From the NCBI GenBank assembly GCA_964106645.2, contig OZ067042.1: DNA of 64,000 bases; one strand, 5' to 3'. Position numbers and translations under genes: made by a program. This document shows positions 51,081 through 64,000 of the stretch, piece by piece. Position 1 is the stretch's first letter, and each line of letters opens with the position of its first letter. Below the pieces are notes generated by a model. That model was given only the letters and a program-made list of their open reading frames with translations, ran no database searches and was not told the DNA's origin. The DNA is from Podarcis pityusensis (taxonomy: Eukaryota).

Positions 51081-51216
51081 CATGCATAGGCAAACTCGGC
51101 CCTCCAGATGTTTTGGGACTACAACTCCCAGCATCCCTAGCTAAAAGGACCAATGGTCAGGGATGATGGGAACTGCAGTCTCAACACATCTGGAGGGCCG
51201 AGTTTGCCTATGCCTG
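51081..51216. mobile_element. hAT-type palindromic MITE (136 bp)
   Basis: Long near-perfect inverted arms (ca(t/g)gcataggcaaactcggccctccagatg); 8-bp TSD ctctacat / ctatacat. Confidence 0.88.
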
Positions 51217-51955
51217 CTATACATTCTTTGGACAGAAACTGTACTGTCAACTGAGCGCTACTGTTGGATACAACTCCATATCAGCTCATGGTGGCAGTGG
51301 GGAAAGCTTTGCTCATGTTGCTTGAAAGCCCCTTAGCCCTCTTGATGCACCATCATGTTAGTCCTATTGATATACCACAGATGGCATTCCAAAAGTGAAA
51401 GGTAGCACATGACACTTAGGATGCATAAGAGAATCCACAAAATATCAATTTGTATTATTTAAAAAAGAATATTTTTTTAGTCTGTCATGGCTGCTGGAAG
51501 TACCAGTCTGGAAAAAGGGGAAGTCAATATGAGGGGCTGCAAATTGTGTCCATTAATTTCTGGGAATTAATTTAATGTTTCTTTGTCCATCTTTCAACCG
51601 AACAACATTTTGTCAAACAATAAATAATGGAGCTAGCATTCAAACGAGAAGAAATATATATACTTCTCCATTAAGGTCATTTTCTCTTTTTGGGCTGTTT
51701 TATACAAATATGCAGGCAGGAAGCTGATAATAAAGATAGTATCTCCTCAAGGAATACTACGTTCTTCAGAGGAAAGTCTTAAATTTAAATATATATAATT
51801 TGCCTACTACTATGGTTTGCCTTAGCATCAGCAAACGCAAATAACATAAGTGGAAGAACTGTAAATGAAAAGAGCATGGGAAGCATGGACTGAAGTCTCC
51901 TTGCTCCACAGTTACCAGAGCTATTGAAATACCATAAATGGCAAAATTTTGCTTA

Positions 51956-52111
<156 letters not shown>

Positions 52112-55100
52112 TTATGAGAATACAAGATGCAAAACGAAGATGTAATCTTGGTCCAATTACTGCAAACTGGCAACCAAGAGAGCAACCAAGCCAGGTCATA
52201 AATGGCACTCGGCTACTAAGGCACTGCACTTGAACATGACTTCAGGGTTCCAATCAGTTTTGCCTTACTTCTGCTAACTGGCTTAAGATGAGTTATGGCT
52301 ACAAACCCAAACTTTTAATATTCTGATATAATTGGATAATTGCATTACTGTCACTGTTTGTAACCATCTTCCTCTCTCACTCTGCAAGTGAATATTTTTT
52401 TAAGAGAGCACTCTCTCTCTTGCTCTCTCTTTATGGTAACTTTTCTCTTAAAAAAATTAAGCACAACTAGAAGTGGTTTTCCATCCATATGTGTTTTTTA
52501 AAATTTGAAGCAAGCTTATTATGTTCATCAGTACATACAAGGAACTTGTCAAGACTTGAGTGACTCAGCTGAAACAGTGTTGTTACTATGTTGTTAAAAA
52601 GCACTTGAATTATCCTAGGTATCCAAATATTATTTTCCTATTTAACAGCAAACAAAATATCTGTTCAGATCTTGATGTATCTACTTAGTAAACTTTTAAT
52701 CCACACAGCCAGGGAAAGTTATAGCACCTCTCCAATACTACGACTTGAATAATAAGAGTCTGTCAAATCCTAACAAAATTTAAATCTCCACTACTCTACA
52801 GATCAAAATGACAACAGGCCAATATGAATACGAAGTTCTCACATAATTTTTGGAAGTTCCTTAGGCACTATTGGACTCTCTAGTGATGGACACCAATATC
52901 TTTTTCTATATCACCAATAGTACTGATAAGAGTGTTCTTGGTCAATCTTACAGATAGGTGTGTTTGCAGTCAGTAAACAACAGCCACTTCTGAATGATCG
53001 CAGCTCCCCTTAGTAAGCTGAGATATGCCTGAGAGCTATGCACCTGCAGGCAGTTCCTTTGCTTCCCCATTTATCTGAGTGACCAAGGAAGCCACAGTAA
53101 GCTTCTGCTTACATCCAAAAAGGGAACTTTGGTTAATAGATTCCAACAAGTCAGGAACTGGAAGTTCATATCAACTCTGGCTTCCTGCCTTGTTTCACCA
53201 CTTCTGTGAAAGGAAGAGTGAAACAGGAACAAAGGAGGCTGTGTGCTAGTGCATGAAGCTCATGCATATATCAGCTGATTAAGCCGAGATCTGACTGTTG
53301 GAATATGGTCACTGTTTGCAAAGTATCAGAACAGGAGAAATGTTTCTATGGTGTCTGGCCGGATTAAAAACTCCAGTATGAATTGTGGCCAGAGGGCTAA
53401 AAGAAAATACTGAAGACTGCTCATGTCTGATTCAAACATGAAAGTGGCAGGGTGTTTGCAGAAACAAAACAATTCCATAGGTTCAAGATTCCTGGATGCT
53501 ATTTTAATAGGTTTTTCCCAAGGATCAGCAGGACAGAACAGTTCAGTGTCCAACCAGCCCCAGGCATGGAGGCAGATGTAGAGACTTACAATGCAATCCC
53601 ATCAACCTCCATAGGGCTGGTGGCACACTGGCCATCTGAAAGCCTTGGCGGTAACATTCATCCCAATGACATAACATATGGATTTGGCCATAATGATACA
53701 CACCAGAAATATGCAAGCCTACAGAGAGTGTTCAAGTACAGGGCACATGCAGCACACTCTAAGAGGCACAAACAACAGTCAACATGCCTGAACCTGTATG
53801 AGGTCACCACAACCTCCCCATTAGTTGTAGAAAGACGAAACAAACATTTCCCTGCTCACTGTTGCAACATGCAATTCCATTTGCAATAGGTTCAGGAACG
53901 CCTCAAATCTGAAACTAGAAAAGGGGCGCCAGGGAGGCTGAGCATTTGCTATCCTGGTGTCTCTACTCCCCCACCACACACACACACACTTGTAAGCCTT
54001 CAGTTGCTGATCACTGCTTCAATATTTGTCTGGGTGCAGTTTCAGTTGGGTTACCTACACCTACTGTAGTCATTTCGCAAAAGAGCACATTGAATGTGCA
54101 ATGCAGTTCCGAAACTGAAGTGGCTTCACAATACTTACCACTTAACAAAACTGGACAAAGGAACTTTGTTTTCATAAACACTGTTGGAATAAGACCAAGC
54201 AATGATGCCACTTAATACATGGAAGTGCCATTCCATGCAACACAATCTGGTGGTTGATAATTCTGAAATGAATAGGCTTTTTCCTTTTCTATCTCTTCCT
54301 TCCAGATGGATGTTGAAATGTTTTGCAGCCCATAGCCTACTATCTTGTTAGAAGGACAGATGGACGTTCTCGTGCCAAACGTTTTCTTTATCACTTGACA
54401 AGAAGTACTTGAAGAGCAGGTGATTACAACGTTCCAACCCAAACTAGAAACTGCACATCTTTTAACACAAGATACCCGACCTTAATCATGGTATAACATT
54501 TTATTAAGACTTTGCATGCAAGTTATTTTATCAATTTCTACATGTTTTAAAAGCACCTTGAAGAGTTTCAAACTTGCTCCACAAACCAGAGTAACAAATG
54601 AAGTTATTTTCAATAAAACTGTGCTAGAAAAAGGAAAATATCACCTCCTATATATTTTTGGAATCTTCTATTCACTGTGACTTAGAACCTGCTGACCTGG
54701 TACAACATAGCTTTCTGAATGGCTGCAATGACACGCCAAAAACTAATCTAGCCTGAATTCAAACAACTACAGCTTAAGTAAACAATGTAAATATGCTTAC
54801 TTAACATACTACAATGGCTAGCATGCTACAATGGACAGGATGGCTAACTGGCTCCAAGCAGTAGCTCCACATTTTTTATTTTCTGAAATCTTTCCATTTA
54901 TTTTAATTTCATTTTGTCTTGAACTGTATTGAGATCTCATCATGAAGTTTCAAGAGAAAGGGCAGATTATGAGAGAAATTGGTAGAGAAACGCAAATAGA
55001 TACATAACCTTGGTGTAAACTCTTGTGAGAAAGGAGAGCACTGAGCATGGTGGAAAGGCCTGGTTTGCATGCCATGCTAAACCATAGTTTAAAACAAACT

Positions 55101-55280
55101 ATTATTTAATGTGAACAATCCAAGGTTGGTTCTGGGCTTACTGCTTATGATTTGTTTGCACGAGAAACAAGCCAAGAACCCGAGCTTGGACTACATGACA
55201 AGTCACACTCTGACATGTTTTGTCTGCAGTGTGGCAGCAACAGGACTATAGGAGGAGCATTGCGTAAACTTTGGGGCAGT

Positions 55281-55465
55281 GTAAGAAAGGCCCTGCTGGA
55301 TCAGGCCAGCCTACACCAACATCCTATACTCACAGTGGCCGACCATACACCAATGGGAAGTCCACAAGTAGGAACTGAATGCAACAGCACTGTTCCCACC
55401 TCTGCTCCCTAGCAGTCTCAATCTCCAATGCATTTCCCTAATCTTATTTCAAAACCATCTTTTAA
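55281..55465 (-). mobile_element. CR1-like LINE 3' end remnant
   Basis: taagaaaggccctgctggatcaggcc...catcct...ctcacagtggcc matches the two other copies. Confidence 0.55.
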
Positions 55466-56959
55466 AACCATCCCTTCCATAATTTAGCCATGCATATCTA
55501 ACAACATGTCAACACACTTCTCATCCACATTAAACCATTTTTTTTTTTATACTATGTGATGTGCAAGCTGTGCCAAACTGTAGTTGTTGCCCTTACTACA
55601 CTACAAAATTGCCTGGGAATTTTTTAATGTGAATCCAAACCTGGCAGAAATTCAGTATAGCACTAACTTGGCCAAAATCAGTCCAACCCAACTCTATGTT
55701 GAGTGAGAAAATAGGCAATCTGGACTACTACAGAATGATGTTAGACAGCCTGCCCAAAGCCAGACGCTGTTTTTCAGAGTACTGAACTATGACTGTTTTA
55801 AAGTAAATATAGATTCCTTACATGGTACCTCATACATATTGGAAAATGATCTGAAATCTGCTCATTTCACCACTCACATATCAATTCACCAACATTTATC
55901 TCAAAGGTCACATCATTTGTTTTCCTAGACAGAGAAGAGTAGTGTACAGTTTTGCTGGGGGAAGCCTGTTTAAACTTTAAATCCATAGCTGCACTGTGTT
56001 GCACATGATGACGTTACAGGAAAAGCTTGAAGGAACACTTTGCCAATTCAGTCTACGTTTGCAGGGAGGGGAGCAAACTCACCAGTAAGTGTAACATCAA
56101 ACAAGTCCTCAGTGTAAATACCAAGACTGCGTACAAAAAAATGACTCCATTCTAGAAGGAATATTCAGCATTAGCTATTTTTTTAAAAAAGGATCGGGCC
56201 AGTCTCAAAGGTAATGTATTTTTGATTGATTCATTGGAGCAGAGCATGGTATTATGGAAGCTGAAGGACTATTAAAAAAAATTGTCCATTGGAAAAAGAA
56301 GAGTATAGCAGCACAAGTTGGCCCAGGGTCTAGGAAGGCCTTCTGGGACCAGCCCACGCTTTTAAAAGCCTTGTTCTTCCACTGAGAAATAAAAAAGAAA
56401 AATGCCTGGGCATTTTCACTTTCTATAGGTTATTTCATTTTACACAGATTTGCTTCTTAGAGCCTTTTGTCTACACAAGTTAGAGTTGCACTCTGTCAAA
56501 GCCAACCTTCTGCAGGACTCAGTGGTGGATGGGGCTAGGGTGAAATTCTACTGAGAGGTCTCACATGGTAGAAGGTGCTCCTTCAGATCATTTCAGGCCT
56601 CTGGATTGAAATAAGAACATTTAAAGGAGGAAAAACATGTCTACAGCCCCAAGTTGAACATCAATGTTTAATATCAGACTACCAGTATCAGATCTTCCTT
56701 CCTGGTTCCTCCATTATTTAACTCTCTCCACATCAGAGTACATGGCAAACGGGATGTGGGGGAATGTGAAAGCTAGGGAAAGTAAAATGAAGGAAAAGCA
56801 CACTGGGCTTTATGTGCAAACCTCATACATACAAAACCTACAACACCATGCTCAGGGCTTCAGCCATTCAATCAGAAGGAACAACCCCATGGCTCCTTAA
56901 ACAAAACCACCATATTTCAGAGATCTTCACCTCACATTCTTAGGAGACGTTGTTTCCAG

Positions 56960-56982
56960 ACACACACACACACACACACACA
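56960..56982. repeat. (CA)n microsatellite
   Basis: Directly visible. Confidence 0.85.
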
Positions 56983-57083
56983 GTTATATACAGTAGTACC
57001 TCGGGTTAAGTAATTATACATTTTCAGGCAGAGCTGCACATTTCTATAACTGTTCTAATAAAGTTAAAATGACAACATCACTA

Positions 57084-57309
57084 CAGTGGTACCTTGGGTT
57101 ACATACACTTCAGGTTACAGACTCCGCTAACCCAGAAATAGTATCTTGGGTTAAGAACTTTGCTTCAGGATGAGAACAGAAATCGTGTGGCGGCAGCGCG
57201 GTGGCAGCAAGAGGCCCCATTAGCTAAAGTGGTGCTTCAGGTTAAGAACACTTTCAAGTTACGAACAGACCTCCGGAACGAATTAAGTACTTAACCCGAG
57301 GTACCACTG
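57084..57309. mobile_element. Tc1/mariner MITE, copy 4
   Basis: Same TIRs, TA TSD. Confidence 0.9.
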
Positions 57310-59592
57310 TACTCAAATCCATATATGTAAAAAATATTACTAATCTGTTGGAAGACTGATTTCTTTTAATATGACGTTTCAACTTCAGTGAGGCCCACAA
57401 AGCCCATGGTTGCCTTTGCCAGCCTGGTGTCTTGAAGCTGTTTTAGATTACAATTCCTGTTAGCCCCAGCCTTAAGGAGGGTGCCTTATGATACTCAGTA
57501 TACCAGAAATTCCCATACCACAAACTGTGATTTTGGAAAGTTCGATACTTAATCCTATACATGTTTACTGACAACTAATGCTACGTCCTATGAACGTATT
57601 TCCAGGTAAGTAGGCATAGGACTGTGACTTATATCCTTTTGAGAAACCTGAAAGGTGATCTCTCTGTGTTATGTCATCACTTCTTGCAAGCCCCCAAGTG
57701 TACACAAATAATCTCCTTTGGGACTCTGCTTCTCAGCTTTAAAAAGTAAGAGTGCCATCAACCTTCTCTACAACTTCCAAGTCACCTAAACTAACTGATC
57801 CGTAAATCCTGTTCAAAGGTAATCAGGTTATTTACTCCTAAAGCTACAGATCACAAAAGTATGGAAGAACACCCTCTGCAACTTTTTATTTGACTGAACT
57901 GATATTTAGGTTACTGCCAACTCTTTTAAAGGTTTTTAAAAAGGAAAAGAAACAAGTCTCAAAAATACAACCAAGGCTTGCTGGGACTCAGTGCATTGCA
58001 ACAAAAAAATAGGCCTATTCAACTAATCCAGGAACACACGCCTGTTAAACAAAACACCCTCTGTTTTTCTAACTCCTTCAGATTTACAGCAAATGTATGA
58101 AACCCTAACCTTTAATGTACAGAAACTAAACAGTTACTTCTGAAAATCTAAGTACATTAGTCTTTGCCTCTGGAAACCATGATTTCTCTAACTGCTGCTG
58201 TTGGCAGAGAGCATTACTTCAGCCCAAAAATGTATTGAGAACTATGAAAATAGAAACACATTTCCTTGCAATGCTTACAGCAGATACTTTCACAATCCAA
58301 AACTTAGCAGTGGCTGCACCTGAAAACATGGAATGGAATAAACTTGGAACAACATACAGAAGCATTTCTAAAACTACCAGTTGATACCAGAAAAGTATTT
58401 GGTTGGGGAGTATTTTTTTTACATGGGTAAAAAGGTAAGAAAACTGAAATGTCAGCTACTCAACAAAACCAGAACATGAACAACAGTGCATCAAGTTTAC
58501 CATAAGCGTGCAGAATACAATGTTTTAAAGTTGGTTTATAGAGGAGTTTCATTGTGCAACTGCATGACAAATGATGGCAGTGAAGTCTGCTGTTGGCGAA
58601 GGAAGAGACAATTGATGAAAGAGTATTTAACAAACCAACAGACTGGGATAACTGCCCTTTGGAAAATGGTGAGTTTATGACAATCCATGGTCTGACCACT
58701 GACAGATGGATTATATACCAATGGTATTTTCTCTGTCATCACCACATGATCAGGTCATCTTGCTGTTTTCATTCCAGTCACAGCCCAATAATCTCCTTTT
58801 ATTCCAGAGCTGATACAAATAGCCTATTCTAAGTGGACTTAGACTGAAAGCTCTCTTTAGTAGAGAATACAACATTCAACTTTTCCTGGCATACGTTGTT
58901 TGTGCAAATGCATGCACGTGTACATGACACCCACATACAAAGTTTAGTACTCCATAAGAGTAAATGAAATAAGTGTCTCTCGTACAATTGCTTAAAGCAT
59001 TTTAATTCTACAAGTGGATTAAGTCGGCTCCCTAGAAGACTTTGGCCACACTGCCAGCTACATAGAGGCAACTGGGAAGCCTTTGAGTCTAAATTCTAAG
59101 ACTCTTAATTTAAGCAGAATTAAGTCAGAGAGTAATTGTCCTATGCCATGGGATTTCAAGTGACACCTTGTGGGTACAAATTAATTGGGCAACTTTCCAG
59201 GGGCAGATACACATTGGCCTGGTTCACATATAAAGTACATGAACCTTAGGTTCATGCACTCCCTTTTCTGCTCCTCTCTGGCCACAAGGAACACAAAAGC
59301 ACCTGCTTCCATTTTTACCTAACCATAGTTTGTTGTTCGCTTCCAGTTAAGAACTGTGATTAGTGTTAACTGTAGTTTATTGAAACAAGCCAATTTTGCT
59401 GGTAAACAATCCTGGATTGCTTCAATAAACTATAGTTAGCAGTAACCACAACATATGGCACAGAGAGCTGTAATAAGTAGGAGAGATCAGCACAAAACAG
59501 GAATGTCACCTTGCATGATCAGAAATTTCCACTAGTGCAAAACTACAACGGCATGCAAGCCTTAGCATTTATGTATATCTAAACTATAACCA

Positions 59593-59851
59593 GGGATGCG
59601 GGTGGCACTGTGGGTTAAATCACAGAGCCTAGGACTTGATCAAAAGGTCGGTGGTTCAAATCCCCGTGACGGGGTGAGCTCCCATTGCTCGGTGCGCTGC
59701 TCTGGTTCGCCAGAAGTGGCTTAGTCATGCTGGCCACATGACCCGGAAGCTGTATGCCGGCTCCCTTGGTCAATAAAGCGAGATGAGTGATGCAACCCCA
59801 GAGTCGCCCATGACTGGACCTAATGGTCAGGGGTCCCTTTACCTTTACCTT
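59593..59851 (+). mobile_element. Sauria SINE with ~100-bp internal deletion
   Basis: Aligns to 5174-5536 apart from the central block; 12-bp TSD taaactataacc (59580-59591 and 59852-59863). Confidence 0.88.
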
Positions 59852-61710
59852 TAAACTATAACCGATACATATCTCTTTTTCTCAGCTGGGTTGAAGAATC
59901 AGTCATAGAAGGAAACAGAGGTCCATTCAGTCTAGCCTACTCCTACTTGGCATGGCCAGCAGTTTTTGTTTCGCTGTTCAAACCATTCTACCTAGGCAGC
60001 AGTGTGCTGCAAGTATGGAACAGCTGCACAGCTGAAAAAGACCTGTAGAAAAAGACCAGTCGGTCTGATAGTAAATTCTCTTTGGCTCACACATAGCAGT
60101 CAGTTAGATCTTCAGAATGAGCAAAACCCAAACCCTGAGTTTTCCAAAAACTCCCAGAAAATATTGGAGCAGGCATTCTATATCCTGTGGTGCAGTCCCT
60201 GAAGCCTTAGAGAAAGGGGAAGAGGCTGAGCAGAGAATCCAAATAAGACTTCAACGAAGCCTCATTGGTCAAATTCACGACACTTGCAGTTAAGTTGGTC
60301 TTTTTCTACATACCTCCCACTTGCAGTAGCTGAAACAACAAAACCCATTTGACAGGCAAGCATTACTATAGGTGAGATTGAAATAGGACATGAAATAGGA
60401 CACATGGAGAGGACACATGATTCAATAAAGTTCCAAATGTGCACTCATTAATTATACTCAGCAAAAACATATCATTGTACACAATCCAATTCCACTGAAA
60501 TCTGATTAAACACAGGACATGACAGGTACTCTTACTGATGGGAAATAACCTGAATTTTTTTTAAATACAATTTTTCCAAAAAATATTCAGTTTTTCTTTC
60601 TTAACACTGCTTCCTTCTGCAGTCCTAAATCATTGCACGAAAAAATTCCTGAAATATTTCGAGCTCCCCCTGCCCCCCCAACTTCAACATGTTCAGAAAT
60701 CACTATATCCACTAACGGAATATAAACAAAGCATTCAACTCCTGAAAGTCCTATTTGCATTGAATATACATACTTTTGGAAAAGCTGCCTTCTTACAAAG
60801 GAAACAATAGAATATATTTTACAACCAAATGTTCGGCTCAGTTGAAGTGATATATATCCATGTCCAAATTTACAACCTTGCTGGATAACAACACTTGTGA
60901 CCTGCTCATTATTTTTAAAAATACGATTCCTCTCTAGAAACAAACATATATTATAAAAATATATCATGTGAAATGTCTCTGCACAAGAATACTTGAAGGG
61001 AAGGAAGGGAGAAAACATTGAGGAGTGGGGGGGGAGCACAACTCCCTCCCAGTTATGCGTTCCTGTGTTTAGATGCTTTAGCAAAACATGTGACTTCCCC
61101 TTTATTCCACTGCCTGTGGCACCGGCTAATCTGATAAGTAGCTCAAATGGAAGACACACCTGAACATATACTATTTTACCTCTTGTGTTTCTTAAAAGTG
61201 TTCATATTTACCACATCCTCAAAAAGCTTTTTTTTTTTCATTTTCCACTGGAAATTTAATCACGCTTCCTCAACTTTACAGCATCAAAGTTCCTGCTTTG
61301 AGATTAAATAATTTACAGCAGCCCTGCTTTATTTGGCCTAGTGGTTTATTGATGTCAGAACCCAGTACGAGATTCAGGAACACAAGTCAGGTTCTGGAAC
61401 CACACAAGTGAAATCACCTTGATCCAACATTAACTGTAACAGCTGTGCTCCCTAGCTTCAGACCTGGTGGAAGAGCAGGGTGCCTCTGAGCTTAAGCAGA
61501 GAGCCCTTGCGTCTCCACTCAACCACTACAGGATTCTTTGAGACACCAAGCTTGAGACAGGGAGTTATGGATTCAAAGCAAAATGGAGTGCTACAGCCTC
61601 TCTTCTTAGCAATCAAGTGCCACTTCAGTCCCACGTGTTTCATGAAAAACGATCTGCTGGCTTGTTTCGTTTATAGGATAATAGGTTTTTTAAACTCTTT
61701 ATCTACTTTC

Positions 61711-61913
61711 TGTTACCTGTCTGCGCAGAGGAATGCGCTTAGTCAGCTTGTGCACGGCAGGCTGGCTACTGAAGTCCGGCTTCTTGGTGGAAGATCTCAT
61801 GTGGCACAGAATGACTGTCACCACCATGCAGACAATCAGGAAGACCCCTACACAGTAAATGGCTATCTCCAGGTAGTCTGGCGAAGTTGGAAACGGTTTG
61901 TCTTCTACAGGGC
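61711..61913 (-). CDS. FGFR2: FGFR2 transmembrane/juxtamembrane exon (VT+ form 61711-61913; VT- form 61717-61913)
   Basis: Hand translation gives (G)[65 protein letters not shown](VT). AG acceptor at 61914-61915; donor region CAG|GTAACA|GAAAGT. Matches the FGFR2 TM region. Confidence 0.96.
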
Positions 61914-64000
61914 CTAGAGTGCAAGTACGAAGGAGGAAGAGTCATGAGGAAAAATTACAAGGTAGCGAAAACAAATCGGCAGTACACATCAAACCAAGTG
62001 GTCCCACACCAGGCTTGCAATGAACTACACGAGATAAAAGAACACTGCTGATTTCCACAGTGTGGAAACAGCTACACTGAGAGTCTCCACACAGCCATTT
62101 TTCAAAGTGTCGGCTTAAGCTGGCTGCTACCTCGGCTAAGCGAGCTTAGTGAGGTACTTCTGGACAAAATCACTTTGGTATGAATAGCTGATCTTATTTA
62201 ACTTCACAACGAAAGGCTAGATGCTTAAATTATGCCTGTGATCACCTTTTCTTCTCATTCTATTTTTCTTTTTAGCCAAGCTGCTTGAGACAGGGAAGTG
62301 GGCACATAATTCACTCCAGATGAATCAATATTTATCCCAATCTCCCAATCTCTGGCCTGAAGCAAATGACAGGTTTAGTAAAATAATTTTTCAAGAGCAT
62401 TGTGTTTAACTCTGTGGGCCACCTGAACACACAATGAAAGGCAAACAAGCACTGAATTAGCTAGCTGAAAAGCAAGGCTTATGGGACGCCGAAGCATAAC
62501 AAAGCTCAGGCATGAACTGGCCTGGTTTAGGTATCCAAATACTTCTACTGAAAATCAGGATTCACAAAAAGTGTTGAAATGTATTGGACAGCGAATTTGT
62601 ATCAACAGCACATCTCTATGAACACTTACTTGGGAGTAAGCCCATTTAACATAGTGGGATTTACTTCTGAGTTAATAGGCACAGGATTTGGGCTGTAAAA
62701 GTCCATAGGAATTGAGTGGCTAACTAATCTTTGGATATTCTGAAAACAGCAGACTGCTGTGGATCTCCTTGACCACTTTCTCTTAACTAGGTCCACGCCA
62801 GTTCTCAAGTACCGGATTTAGGTATCAGCATATTCCCTGCCCCCTTCAAAAAGTAACTCATCCAGCTTTCTTCAAAATTCTTCAAGAATTCTTCAAACTG
62901 GGCTGTCACATAGCAGGAGGACAGTATGAGATTCTACTCTGACATTGGTAGATCACTAAGTTCCAGAACCAAAAAGAGAATGCATTTTTTAAAATAATAA
63001 TAATAAAATTTACATATATTGGTATATATTTACATATATAGGTAAGTCTACGGATGGAAGATCACACTCAGATCTTAACAGCCCCTAGTCTGTGAATGGC
63101 ATCAAATGGCAATGCTAGTTTTACAGTTATTCTCTTCATTAAGTAATTGCACGTAATTTATTTTTCTGTCATGATTTAACTAATTAAGAAAGTATTCCCA
63201 TTTTTTACATTGCAATGATAACACTTTAGTTTATTAGGTGGGGTTTGACAGCAAATAAGAATTGTGACAAAGCACTTGTCAAGATATTTTTTGTTATTAT
63301 TAATATTATTATTATAATCTGTTCCTAATACTTTTACTTCATTACTCTGAATCATCACCATCAGCATTCTGCAGCAATATCTGATCATTATGCAAGCAAT
63401 GCACATTGCAACATGTTCTTCTGTCTCATTTTGTATTAATATAAGCATTCACTCAAACTGATTAAGAAGTGGTGCTTAAGCGCTTGCAAATATGGAAAGA
63501 ACACTGCAAGCAGAAGCAACTGCAACTTTAAGCACTGACTACCTGTTTAGTGGTGAATGCACCTCGGAAGCCACAAAGGTTAATAGTTAAAGATGGTAGT
63601 AATGTAAGCTATCTCTTACATAAAGAGAGAAGAAATAACATAGAAACCTTGAGAACAACTCATATAGCAGCACAGTACTTAATGAACACATGCAGTTACC
63701 AAACCTATATTTTAAAAACATTAATACTTAATATATATCTTGACCAGCAAATTATTAACTGTGCAAGTAATTCGGCAGTTGCTCTGCATTGAACAGTTAT
63801 AAAGCAAGAAAGTTTAATTAGTGCAGACATCTAAAACTATATTTTACGACAGACAACCAATTTTAGGCAATGAAGCGCATTAATGTGTGTTTCTGCTAAA
63901 AACAGAAACAACATCAATCCAAGCATGGCAATACATGCTTTGCAGAAAAGCAAAGTAGCTCATCATTTGCTTAGAACATGCAACATTTAAAGATACACCA

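Noticed and set aside
60587-61159. 190-aa minus-strand ORF in an FGFR2 intron
   Set aside because: No domain similarity or coding-like composition; likely a chance ORF
61480-61917. 145-aa plus-strand ORF
   Set aside because: Antisense shadow of the FGFR2 TM exon

Overview
Vertebrate genomic DNA, almost certainly from a squamate and probably a lacertid lizard (Sauria/POM-type SINEs with (ACCTTT)n tails, BovB, CR1/L2 fragments). The right half (~28.85-64 kb) is the 3' part of FGFR2 on the minus strand: 10 coding exons from the transmembrane exon to the stop codon, all with GT-AG boundaries and continuous reading phase, followed by a ~1.7 kb 3'UTR. The left half is intergenic sequence downstream of FGFR2. 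It holds a complete and apparently very young 4.83 kb Mag-like Ty3/Gypsy LTR retrotransposon (8240-13069, minus) with a 5-bp TSD, a tRNA-Ser PBS, a PPT and an intact 1358-aa gag-pol ORF, plus many SINE, LINE and MITE remnants. I found no convincing wholly new biological system. The most notable items are: the intact retrotransposon with an FFDD RT motif and a 40-bp asymmetry between otherwise identical LTRs; a conserved non-canonical GA 5' splice site (VT insert) in FGFR2; a composite 6-bp-TSD element that has captured an L2 tail; and an orphan TIR beside a MITE. Comparisons with human or other reference sequences are from memory and need alignment.
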